DNA of 64,000 nt, taken from assembly GCA_001179505.1 (NCBI GenBank), contig CDMY01000149.1:62001-126000 (forward strand), given 5' to 3'. Shown here one piece after another: positions 10,476 through 22,468 of this stretch. Source of the stretch: Vitrella brassicaformis CCMP3155 (taxonomy: Eukaryota; Protista; Chromerida). The notes beneath the pieces are model-generated. The model saw only the letters and a list, made by a program, of their open reading frames with translations. It did not search any database and was not told the DNA's origin. Within the stretch, counting starts at the first letter, position 1. The number at the start of each line of letters is the position of its first letter. The translations under genes and the position numbers were made by a program.

Positions 10476-13012
10476 TTGGACAAGACAGAATGTAATGAAT
10501 GTATGTCTCTCGCGACCATATACTTACCCCCCTCTGCATGTGCAGATCTGTTTTCCGACTGGCGGCCCGAGAAAACACCCGCCGACGATCACGAGACCGT
10601 CAGAAAGCTAGTCCAGTCCCTTGAGCGGATCCACGGCATCCTGGACGACAAAGAGAAAGGTGAGGAGGGTCATGGCATCCATGAGGTCAATCTCGCCAAT
10701 GGATGGACGGACGGTCGGTGTACTTATGTATGTATGTATGTATGTGCGGAGGACATGGTGGACCTGGCAAGGCTGCAGCCTGAGTCGAGCGCCGACGCGT
10801 TGTTGCCGCACCTCCAGCCACTCATCGGTCACACAGAATGCACAGGTCCGCCAATGCAAATAAATGTACAGAGACTCTGAGTGAGTTCAGTGTCCCGCTC
10901 TCTCTCTCTCTCTCCCTGGCCGTCTGTACAGGCCTTGTGCTGAGGTCTTGCCTTCTGCACAGCCGGGTGATCGGATTTGGGGCGATCATGACCGTCGTCG
11001 CGAGGTGCCTCCACCGCGACCCGCCGCCTTACAACCCCCATGGCGGTCGGTTGGGAGCGCGGAGAGCCACCGAGTTACGGAATCAAGGCGTTGAGAAGAT
11101 CGGGACATATGACCCAACAGAGGCAAGGAATTGAATGAATGGCACACGCGGGACAATGAATGTGTCAGTCATGTGGTTGTTTTGTCCTGTCTTATCTGCC
11201 TGCCTATATCAGGACTTGAATAGCCTGCCGCTTTCTATGGGCACGGACTACTGGGCTTCAAACACCTACGGCTAGATACGAGGTGCGGAAGCTGAGGTTC
11301 CCCCCATTCCGAAGAGTATCGCAGACGGTCCAGCCCTGAGGCCAGGCAGCTGCGACAGCGTCGAGCAGCCGGCGACTTCCGCCTCCCGGTCGATCCATGC
11401 CTCCACAAGGAGCCCTCAGTGGCCGACTGTGCATCGGGGAAGGTGAGCAGGTCGGGGGAATGGTACATTACGCATGTTATGCGTGTTGTGCATATTGTTT
11501 CTGCAGACACGTCGATGGAGGGCGTCGATGAGCGATTCTATGGGATGTACGGAGGCGATCATGGCATTCCGCTGACACTTGAGAGGTGCAAAGAATACAC
11601 CCAGCCCAGCGCAAGACGTTTCTCTCACGCAGCAGCCGAAGTGTGTGTTTGGGTGTTCGGTCAGGGCGGTGGCGATGTTGTATGCGGTGTTCCAGCTGGT
11701 GTTTGTGGACGACAGGCAGGCAGGCTGCTGAGGTCATCCGACTCGGTCAGTGGATCAACAGGGGGATCCGAGAGAGTGAATGGGCAAGATGATGTGTGAT
11801 GCTTTGGTCCGTTTTATCCAGCTGCGGGTGTTTGGTGCGCTGGCGGATGCAGAGACGGCCTTCCTGTACGGCCTGTCCCCCCCCTGCACACGGTGATTCT
11901 CCCCTTTTCGTTCACCGAGGCATGGAGATTTCCGCTCTTGCTGAGGAGCTGGTATCCATGAACCTTCGCCACTTGATCGACCGCTGCGCCCACATCCTGC
12001 TGCAGCAGGCACAGCTGGAGTACCAAGCTTTGTTCAGGGACGACAGTGTGTGCTCTTGTCCGGAGGGAGGGGGAGAGGGAGGGGACGATAAATATACATC
12101 TGGACTGAGTGGCTTGTTGTGAATATGGTCGAAAACTGGTCGAGAATGTAAACACAGCGACCGTTGGCCGTTGGAAGACAAGAATAAACCACTGAGCCAG
12201 AATAGATGTGGCTGCATCTTGCATCAACTGTACCTCTCCTCTCCCCTTCGCTCTTCTCCACGCTCGTGACGGCAGACGAGAGCAGTCGGCTTGACATTTC
12301 CAGCTCGCTGGCGTCGCGGCTCGAGGCTGTTAATCTCTCCTCTTCCACCGTCTCCGAACAGCCAGCAAGTATGTATGTATGCTACACACGGACAGAAAGT
12401 AGACAAGGACGCCACAGCTAGAGATGACAGGCACCTCAGGCGCATCCGCTCTGAATGTCTTACGCTGCAGCCACCCCGCCCGTGTCCCTCAATTTCGAGG
12501 CAGACGACCATGATGAAGGCGACTTGGCAATGGAACTACACACAAAGCAAGGGAAGCCTTTGGCATCGCCCACACTGGACTGGGGCAGGGAGACGGAGGC
12601 GCCCCACCTCCTCGACGGCGACATGATCCTCGGTGAGCCGGCTGCCCTGGATTGTTGCAATCTGACGACCACGAAGACGCCGCCGTTGACTCGTCAAGCC
12701 TCAAACCACTCAGGCACGACGGTTGCCGAGAGCTTCCCGAGAGCGGCGGTGCCTCAAAGCAAGGCAATGCGTGGCGACAGGGAGAGCGAGACGAGCACTC
12801 CCTTCATCCTCTGGCTTACAGTCGGGTCATTCATCGTGGTGGTCTCGCTGCTGCCTTTTTGTGGCATCTACTGCATCGCTCATGTGTGCAAGAACCTTTC
12901 ACGGCCTCCCATATACGGCATTGCTGGTGGGACAGACCGACGCAGCAGGTGGGAGGGCGACGCAGCCGCTGCTGCCGATCGAAACGCTGACGTGATATCG
13001 ATCAAGCCTTGA
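10476..13012 (+). CDS. Hypothetical multi-exon protein(s) with a C-terminal hydrophobic helix; exon chain unresolved
   Basis: There are exon-like segments flanked by splice sites (DLFSDWRPEK.., EDMVDLARLQ.., MEISALAEELVSMNLRHLIDRC..). The terminal ORF 12455-13012 has the TM-like stretch FILWLTVGSFIVVVSLLPFCGIYCI. I recognised no family. Confidence 0.35.
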
Positions 13013-13380
13013 AGAGACCTAGAGCAAACGATGCGTGCGTGTTGGTTGGCTGGTTGGCTGGTTGGTTGGCTGGTTTGGTGTGCTAGATGCTTTCTCCGTC
13101 ACTTTCCTCACTACAGTAGCATTTTTGTCACATTTTGGCATTGGCCCCTAGTGCAGCAGGGCAGCGGTGTGAGGTGGGTTGGGCAAATGCATCAGTGAGA
13201 CATTTACTTGCATGCTTCAACCTTCACAAGGGGATGCATTCGTTTCGACGCCTTGCACGCGTTAAGAGGAAGAGAAAACGTGAGTTACTTGGTCCATTGG
13301 TGTCCTGGTGTGGGTGTGTGGGTGTGTGTGCTTGATCCATCCATCCCTCTATCCATGAGCTAGAAGGGATATGGATGGCA

Positions 13381-16300
13381 TCAGAAGAGTGATCCCGTCT
13401 CGAGTCCGCCGCCCCCGCCCCGCGCGCCCTTTTGGTACTTGGGCAGGATGCTCTCATAGTTGCTCTTGCGGGCCGCCGGGATGATCGGCGGGGCGTAGCG
13501 CCACGTGTGGCCCAACGGAGTCGTGTAGTGCTGCACAAACACAGCACAGCCAGACGGAAAGACAGACAGTGTCAAAGAAGGAGGGAGAGAGGGAGGCACC
13601 ACAGCGACACACGGCAACAAAGACGGGTGGATGGGTGAGGGGATCAGGAAAGAGCCCGAGGGCGGCCAGCGCGTGTGTTGTCTTGTGCGAGTCTGACTGA
13701 CCTGGTAGCCGGCCGGCAGGTCATGAGACAGCACCTTCTCACCTGACACACACACACACACACACACGTACCCCCAGGACGGCCAGAGGTAGGTAGGGAG
13801 GGAGGGACAGGCAGTGAGTCGATCAGTGGAAGACAAGACACTCGACTGTGCTGTGTCCGGCAGTGTGTTGTGGGTGTTGTGTTGTGTTGTGCTGTGTTGT
13901 GTTGTGTGCGGTGGGTGTCTGAGGTGCTCACTCACCCGAGTCGAGCTTGGTCCGCTTGTGGAACTCCCTGAACCTGACGGGGCAACGCACCAGACAGACA
14001 GACAGACAGTGATGTACATCCAGACAGGCGCACGACCCAAGGGGTCAGCCGTCCATAAGGGTGGCCTCATTGCTGCCTGCGCCTTTTACTGCATTGACTG
14101 ACTCACTTGTCTGAATCAAGGGTGGCACCTGCACACCCACAAACACACCATTGCAATGGAATAGAAACAAGAGACGAGCTAACTGACTGTCTCCCCCTCC
14201 CCCTCCCCGGCTGACTGACTTTGTGGGATGAAGTTGGTCGTTGTGTCTTTCTTGCTTGCGTAGCTGTCGTACGCCTGCCGCCTGGCGGGGAAACGCAAAT
14301 ACTTGGGAGTCACCTAAACACACACACACACGTGTGCGCGTGCCAGGCAGGCCCCAGCTGTGCTGTGCCTGTCTCTCTGTGGCATGTGCCCCCCCTCCCC
14401 TGCCCCTCCCCTCCCCCTCCCCGGTCGGCCGACCCATGGGGCGAAGCATGACGGCCGGGAGGGCACCTTGGCCTGCGACGGCTGGTACTTCCACAGATTC
14501 TCAAAGAACAAATCGAAACTGAACAACACACAAACACAGCGGCTGCCTCATGTTCCTGGCCCCCATGGCCAACGACTTTCATACACTTATTCATTGCTCA
14601 CCCTGCGTCCCTGTGGATGCGTCCGTTGGTCTTCTCAAACTCGGTGGCCTCTTTGGCCGTCTCTCTGAAGCTGGCTACGTCNNNNNNNNNNNNNNNNNNN
14701 NNNNNNNNNNNNNNNNNNNNNNNNNNNNNNNNNNNNNNNNNNNNNNNNNNNNNNNNNNNNNNNNNNNNNNNNNNNNNNNNNNNNNNNNNNNNNNNNNNNN
14801 NNNNNNNNNNNNNNNNNNNNNNNNNNNNNNNNNNNNNNNNNNNNNNNNNNNNNNNNNNNNNNNNNNNNNNNNNNNNNNNNNNNNNNNNNNNNNNNNNNNN
14901 NNNNNNNNNNNNNNNNNNNNNNNNNNNNNNNNNNNNNNNNNNNNNNNNNNNNNNNNNNNNNNNNNNNNNNNNNNNNNNNNNGAGTCGATCAGTGGAAGAC
15001 AAGACACTCGACTGTGCTGTGTCCGGCAGTGTGTTGTGGGTGTTGTGTTGTGTTGTGCTGTGTTGTGTTGTGTGCGGTGGGTGTCTGAGGTGCTCACTCA
15101 CCCGAGTCGAGCTTGGTCCGCTTGTGGAACTCCCTGAACCTGACGGGGCAACGCACCAGACAGACAGACAGACAGTGATGTACATCCAGACAGGCGCACG
15201 ACCCAAGGGGTCAGCCGTCCATAAGGGTGGCCTCATTGCTGCCTGCGCCTTTTACTGCATTGACTGACTCACTTGTCTGAATCAAGCGTGGCACCTGCAC
15301 ACCCACAAACACACCCATTGCAATGGAATAGAAACAAGAGACCGGAGCTAACTGACTGTCTTCTCCTCCCCCTCCCCGGCTGACTGACTTTGTGGAATGA
15401 AGTTGGTCGTTGTGTCTTTCTTGCTTGCGTAGCTGTCGTACGCCTGCCGCCTGGCGGGGAAACGCAAATACTTGGGAGTCACCTAAACACACACACACAC
15501 GTGTGCGCGTGCCAGGCAGGCCCCAGCTGTGCTGTGCCTGTCTCTCTGTGGCATGTGCCCCCCCTCCCCTGCCCCTCCCCTCCCCCTCCCCGGTCGGCCG
15601 ACCCATGGGGCGAAGCATGACGGCCGGGAGGGCACCTTGGCCTGCGACGGCTGGTACTTCCACAGATTCTCAAAGAACAAATCGAAACTGAACAACACAC
15701 AAACACAGCGGCTGCCTCATGTTCCTGGCCCCCATGGCCAACGACTTTCATACACTTATTCATTGCTCACCCTGCGTCCCTGTGGATGCGTCCGTTGGTC
15801 TTCTCAAACTCGGTGGCCTCCTTGGCCGTCTCTCTGAAGCTGGCTACGTCCACGGGTCCCACCTGTACGCTCGTGGGGGCGGTGACGGGCCGCCGGGAGG
15901 CCAGCAGGTTGGCCGTGTGGGTGATCCTCCCAGCAGCTGTCGCTCCCTCTGGTGTGCCCGTGACCGATCTGGGGTTGGATGGGTGCAGTGTGGGGTAGAA
16001 TGGGGCCGTCCGGTCGCCCTCTGAGTTGAGGGCCCGCATGTAATGTAGAAGGACGCCAGGGGCTCGGACTCGATGGCCTCGATGGGGTCCATCCGATCCA
16101 CTCGCGTCAATGTCGTCATGTCGCGGTACGTTGTGCGGTAACCATGCTGCTGGCTCCACGACGGGAGGCCGGGGTAGAATGACAGCTGTCCACTCACTTC
16201 ATTCGCAGAGGTGTCAGCCGCACCAGCCGACTCGCCCTTGGGGCCCTTGGCGAGGGACAAAGAGAGCTTCTCGACGCCGCTGCCGCTGAGGAAGCTGCCC

Positions 16301-17905
16301 CGCCCACCCGCACCGCCATCCCTGAACGCCAATCCAATCCATTGACACACCCCGACCGTGACACGTTCACGCACATTCTCCTTTGCATGATGTTGCAAGG
16401 CGTGCCTGGTTCGGGGGACGGCTGTTCTGCACGACATCTCACGGTAGGAGGTGCGGTAGGCGTGCTGCTTCGTCCAGGGCATCCGGCCCTCATACAAAGC
16501 CACATTCGTCCCGCCTAACCACACACACAATGGAAACAGCGTCGCGATGACCGAGTTGTGCCGTCATATGCACCGCGTCCGTGTCGACTGACCGAGTGGG
16601 CGGCCGACGGATGAGTAGNNNNNNNNNNNNNNNNNNNNNNNNNNNNNNNNNNNNNNNNNNNNNNNNNNNNNNNNNNNNNNNNNNNNNNNNNNNNNNNNNN
16701 NNNNNNNNNNNNNNNNNNNNNNNNNNNNNNNNNNNNNNNNNNNNNNNNNNNNNNNNNNNNNNNNNNNNNNNNNNNNNNNNNNNNNNNNNNNNNNNNNNNN
16801 NNNNNNNNNNNNNNNNNNNNNNNNNNNNNNNNNNNNNNNNNNNNNNNNNNNNNNNNNNNNNNNNNNNNNNNNNNNNNNNNNNNNNNNNNNNNNNNNNNNN
16901 NNNNNNNNNNNNNNNNNNACAACACACAAACACAGCGGCTGCCTCATGTTCCTGGCCCCCATGGCCAACGACTTTCATACACTTATTCATTGCTCACCCT
17001 GCGTCCCTGTGGATGCGTCCGTTGGTCTTCTCAAACTCGGTGGCCTCTTTGGCCGTCTCTCTGAAGCTGGCTACGTCCACGGGGCCCACCTGTACGCTCG
17101 TGCGGGCGGTGACGGGCCGCCGGGAGGCCAGCAGGTTGGCCGTGTGGGTGATCCTCCCAGCAGCTGTCGCTCCCTCTGGTGTGCCCGTGACCGATCTGGG
17201 GTTGGATGGGTGCAGTGTGGGGTAGAATGGGGCCGTCCGGTCGCCCTCTGAGTTGAGGGCCCGCATGTAGAAGGACGCCAGGGGCTCGGACTCGATGGCC
17301 TCGATGGGGTCCATCCGACCCACTCGCGTCAATGTCGTCATGTCGCGGTACGTCGTGCGGTAACCATGCTGCTGGCTCCACGACGGGAGGCCGGGGTAGA
17401 ATGACGGCTGTCCACTCACTTCATTCGCAGAGGTGTCAGCCGCACCAGCCGACTCGCCCTTGGGGCCCTTGGCGAGGGACAAAGAGAGCTTCTCGACGCC
17501 GCTGCCGCTGAGGAAGCTGCCCCGCCCACCCGCACCGCCATCCCTGAACGCCAATCCAATCCATTGACACACCCCGACCGTGACACGTTCACGCACATTC
17601 TCCTTTGCATGATGTTGCAAGGCGTGCCTGGTTCGGGGGACGGCTGTTCTGCACGACATCTCACGGTAGGAGGTGCGGTAGGCGTGCTGCTTCGTCCAGG
17701 GCATCCGGCCCTCATACAAAGCCACATTCGTCCCGCCTAACCACACACGCAATTGAAACAGCGTCGACATGACCGAGTTGTGCCGTCATATGCACCGCGT
17801 CCGTATCGACTGACCGAGTGGGCGGCCGACGGATGAGTAGCGGCTGACAAAAGGGGGGCAGGCAGCGCTCGTGTGAGGCCGGTGAGATGAGGAGGCCTCC
17901 ACCAT
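13381..17905 (-). CDS. Orphan multi-exon protein, copy 1 (segments A 13381-14681 and C 16919-17905, with redundant segment B between the gaps)
   Basis: Exons splice to MVEASSS..GTNVALYEGRMPWTKQHAYRTSYREM..PSWSQQHGYRTTYRDM..FREFHKRTKLDS|GEKVLSHDLPAGYQ|HYTTPLGHTWRYAPPIIP..TGSLF*. The last-exon differences I checked against copy 2 are synonymous (AACTAT/AACTAC, GGC/GGA). Confidence 0.65.
14682..14981. other. Scaffold gap (300 N)
   Basis: 300 N; the right flank repeats sequence from 13817. Confidence 0.98.
14982..16618 (-). repeat. Redundant internal copy (segment B) of the duplicated orphan gene
   Basis: 14982-~15850 is near-identical to 13817-14681, and ~15710-16618 is near-identical to 16919-~17830. 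Confidence 0.9.
16619..16918. other. Scaffold gap (300 N)
   Basis: 300 N; the right flank repeats sequence from ~15690. Confidence 0.98.
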
Positions 17906-18030
17906 AGCGAACTGGAGGGAAGGCAGAGGTCTCGACGTGGCCCCCCAAAAGCTTGGCCCCGCGACTCCCGGCCAGCTTCACGGATCGACAACTGGAAGAG
18001 GAATGAACGAATCTCCGTAGATGCGACAAG

Positions 18031-19608
18031 ATGAACCGCACTCGCTCTTTGCTACCAGTACTGCTATGCGCGACTGTTCTTGGAAAATCGGTGGCAGCAA
18101 TCTCCGGCTCCCCTCACGGTAAGGAGTCTCGTTCATCCATTTGGCTGTACCTATTGGAATGGCTGCAGCTTTTCCAACACGGCCACACAACAGGGAGAGG
18201 CCCACCTTCATCTTGTCCAATGGCGCCGGCCTTGCTCCTTTCCTATCAGGGCTATCTGCCCTCCCACCCACAGGGAAGCATGTTATTGCAGCAGCTGTCG
18301 CAAGATGCAGCTCTCTACTACTGTTCTATCCCATCGGTGAGCGAATAAGGGCAGAGCCACGCCGTCTCTCAGCAGTGTGCTTCGGCAGACACGATCAAGT
18401 GTCGGACTCAGGCCATTAAAGTGGGACCAACGCCTTCGCAGAGGGCCGGCTCGCTGTATCGTGGCGCTGTCACAAACATTATCGTGAGCGATCGTGGAAT
18501 CACAGGCCGCTGTTCCGTATGCATGTCCGGCGAGCTGCTTTTTAGGTTGGGGAAGTGCCGTACATCATGATCACGTTTGCTTTATTCCGAATCTTCAGTA
18601 CTACTTTGGCGGGCTGGCTGCCATGTAAGTCGTCGAATGAAAATGAATCCGCTGGCAATCCCAGACCTACTCATCTTGACAGGTCTGCCGCCTGCTTTGG
18701 TCTCTTTCTTTGCGGCGCTGATCGGAGAAACGTTCGGGTAACAACAACGCCGTGATGATAAATACAGCAGACATGCGACCGTCACATGTGTTGTGGATCT
18801 TCCCACAGGTGTTTGTGGTAAAGATGAATGATCACACAGTCGCATACCCCTGTACGGCCGCACCTTTTGCCAGGCTGGTACCAAACGAGATCGTCAAACA
18901 GCGGATCCAGAGTGGAAGGCAGCCGTCAATCTTCGATGCCGTGCGTAGTATTTCCACTCAAGGAGGCTTCTATCGAGGCTTCATCAGGTGTGTGTATGCG
19001 AGAGATGGACGGGACGGAACAAAACTGGTAACATATCTAAGGCCGTCTGATGTGCAGCCATATCGCGAGAGATTCGACATTCAGGTGATTCAAACTTCAA
19101 AGACTCTTGCGACCTCACTTCATCCAGTCACAGGTTGATTGTTGAGCTGTCAGGGGCCTGCAGCTCTCTTCGTATGGAGCAATTCGGAGGATTGCTGCTG
19201 GGTGAGCAGCACTTCAGCTGAGGTGATCATTTGATCATTTGGCGATTCCACCAGGAACCTGGCGAAAAATCCACTCTTTTTAGGGATGCTCGCTGGATCT
19301 CTGGCAGGCGCCGCGACAAATCCTTTGGATGTCGCGAAGGTAGACGAGGAGAAAAGCGAGTGGTTGCATAGGGAGACGCGTGATTTTGTGCTCAGACTCG
19401 AATAATGACTGGGACCGTCGAGGCCTCTTTCGATACAGAGAGTCAGTCAGGACCATCCCGCATCTTCCGTGTGTTGAAGACGACATATGACGAAGAAGGA
19501 TGGACTGGACTATTTCGGGGCGTTATGCCGCGTGTCCTGTACATAGGACCCGCTTCGGCATTTTTCTTTCTCGTGTACGAGTGGATTCTTCATGCTCTTG
19601 GTTCATAG
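18031..19608 (+). CDS. Mitochondrial carrier family (SLC25) protein, SAM-carrier-like, with N-terminal signal peptide
   Basis: Three PX[DE]XX[KR] signatures appear after splicing: YPI|DTIKCR, PNEIVKQR and NPLDVAK|TR. It also has SLYRG, GFYRG and GLFRGVMPRVLYIGPASAFFFLVYE. The leader is MNRTRSLLPVLLCATVLGKSVAA. Confidence 0.85.
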
Positions 19609-22468
19609 GTCGATTTAAGCTTGGACTTGTTACATTTAGGCGAATCTGTCGGTTTTGAGAAAAAGAAACCCACTCAAAGAGAAACTGGCGGAGTGAAAAC
19701 CGCTGGAACTTCAGTAAGCCGACGACCCCTGTTCGACTTATACCAAGCCTGATGTCTTGAGGTCACAAAGCAGCTCTTGCCTTGTTTGTCATTATCCCTC
19801 GTGTTTGTCGTTGAGCAAGGTCGACTTCGACGATTCTACTGCTTGTCGGAGTCGACCCTTTTTTCTTTTTGATTCACATCACTCTGGATGGTCGTATCGC
19901 AACGTAGATCTATTTTCCCAAGAGCTGCACTCTCTGCACTTCCTCGGAGGGATTAGGCTCGTTCGTGTGAGCAATCGTTACAGTTTCATCCAAAAACACA
20001 CTTCGTGGGGCCAGGCATCACGCTTCATCAGGCTACTTTCTTTGAAGCGTGAATCGGCCGTGAATTATGGATGATGCGTCATCGCCCTTGTCTGTCACGC
20101 GCAGCTGTCCGAATTGCACACCTTTCGCATTCCATCTATTCGCCGAATAATGTTTAGCGTGAGAAGAGTCTGCCTCCCCTGCTTCATTGTTGTGTGGGCT
20201 TCGAATGCGTGTCTAATTGTTGTTCTGTTACCGACGCGTCTCTCTTCGGTCTTGGATTCATGCCTGCGTAAGAAAGACAGGCTCGTTGTCGGCCGGCAGG
20301 ACCTCGGTGCTCAAACCTTTTTTTTGTACCTTCTTGTCATCAGGGCTAATCGCCTGACACTTCGTTGTCCTCAAATCGACGACATCAACGTCAAAAAACC
20401 AATGGAACTTACGCCGTGACCGCCGCTGCGATTGCTTGGCTGAAATATCACGAGTAGTCCCGTGAGCGTGGTTTTCTGTCGTTTCTTCCCTTTGGGCCTC
20501 TCTCCGCTTGTCGTTTCGCTCTGGGCGTCTCTCTGCGTGTCGCCTCATTCTTTCTCTGATTCAGAGCAGCTTTAAGAGTAGGAACAGATCGTCCCGCTTC
20601 ACACCGTGCTGTGAGACATCGTGTTACGGTACTCGGTTTGCGGATCGTTGAACCGACAGGAAAACGTCGCGAGTTCCTGCCGCTGTGGGATTGTTGTCGC
20701 GTATGTTTGTGCGATGGCAGTGGTAGATGTCTCTCATACAAAACGAGACACACACAGACAGTTTGACAAAAGACTCTCCATATAGCAGCAATTGATCAAC
20801 GTCACCAACGAACGTGATCACCGCGGTGTACAGCAAATCGCCGTAACCATATTGTACATCTCTGCCCTTTCGTCAGCACTGCACCCCGGGCTGCATGGGT
20901 GTACTTTCCTGGTTCATTCTAACGCATCACGGAAGTATGTCGTCTCAGTGCCAACGTTCCCCATTTTATCGACAGTAGAAAGTCATGTGTCGCAATCTGT
21001 CTCCTAGCGGCGTGTCCCTAGCGGCGTAGGGTCTCTGCGAATAGATCTTTGAGCGCGGTGGAGTGCGGTCCGCATATCTATTGTTGACAATCGTACCCTA
21101 AGTGGGTTCACTGAAAAGTCACTTGTTGGACATTGAGCTCAGAGGGGGCATTAGGCAAATGCGAAACCCTAAACAGCACAGCGCACAAATAGCGCAGGTA
21201 GGCTGATGCGGTCTCAGCTCGTCTAGGCACATGTGTGTGTTCGCTCGCTGCATCAAAGACAGACAGCCGCACACCACAAAGATGTCTTACAGAACAAATG
21301 TGTTTGACTTACCCATTGCATGCCAACGCCACTGTGTATTTATTGACAAGGCACAGAGCGACGCAATGACAAAAGCGAGGGACGACTGGGACACTCACAG
21401 AGGTACTGTGAGGCGAGAGCCACTAACTAGAAGATGGGAAGATTGAGAACAGCCACGTGTGCACGGACATCACGACTCGTGAGGACTGTACACCCTCACA
21501 TGGCCGTGAATATCCGCATGGCCTGCAGTCTCTCTTGTGATTCGAGAAACTGACACAGAGCAGTTCTCTTGCAGGGCTGTTCTATCTGACTCAGCAAGCT
21601 GGCATGCATGTTTGCCACGTCATGTGCTTCTAATGCCTCGCTCATCTATACGGTCAAGAGGGGGAGACAGAGAAGCCAAAACAGGCAAGCAAACCCACCA
21701 TCAGTGACCGTGGAGGCAAGAAAAAGAGCAGAAAAGGCACACACGAAAGGCGCCGAGAAAAGGTAAGCAATAGAAATGAAGGCGCTATCGACCGTCAGGT
21801 AAGTAGCTGATGTCTGTGAAAGCAGAGCGACCCAAGAATGGCCAGCTCAGGCTGCAGACACGTCAGCAGTGTAGTCTTCAGGATGCTTGCGTGGCGCTTC
21901 GTCACAAGCCCTGAAGCCAACAAAAGAAACAAACACAAACATGCTTACGTGTGTGTGTATCTTCTGCCGCAGCCGAGTCTGCACCGAGAAAAGGACAGAC
22001 AGACACGAAAGGCAGATAGATGAGGCAGACAGCCAGAACAACAATGAAAGGCACACTTAGATGTTCATGATGTGCATGTGAGTGCCGTGCCAAGCCGCGT
22101 GGAGTTGCGGAGGTGGTAGCAAGAGCACATGATGCCTCCCATTTCTCCAAGTGTCATCCGCATGGCTTGACGAGCTGCTGTAAGCTGACAAACAGCCGAA
22201 CGAAGCACCTCGCCTGTTTCTTTCTCGATGATCTCGCTGACCGCCAACTCGTTGGCACGAAGCGGAGGGGAGTTAGAGCGGAGACCGAATTACACGGGCG
22301 AGATGGGACCCAAGTGACCTTTTGTTTTCTCAGTTCAACCGTGATCGACGATTTTGTCTGCCCGACGCCCTCCGTCTGAGAAAGACGAAGACCTCCTGAA
22401 GTGTCAGCCCGATTCGCGGACCAACCAGGGCGTGGTGTGTCGGTGGCGTGTAGCGAGAAGAGAAGGCG

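Noticed and set aside
13368-17937. Transposon or LTR interpretation of the repeated block
   Set aside because: There are no TIRs, LTRs, TSDs or transposase/RT motifs; the repeat is an intron-containing gene.
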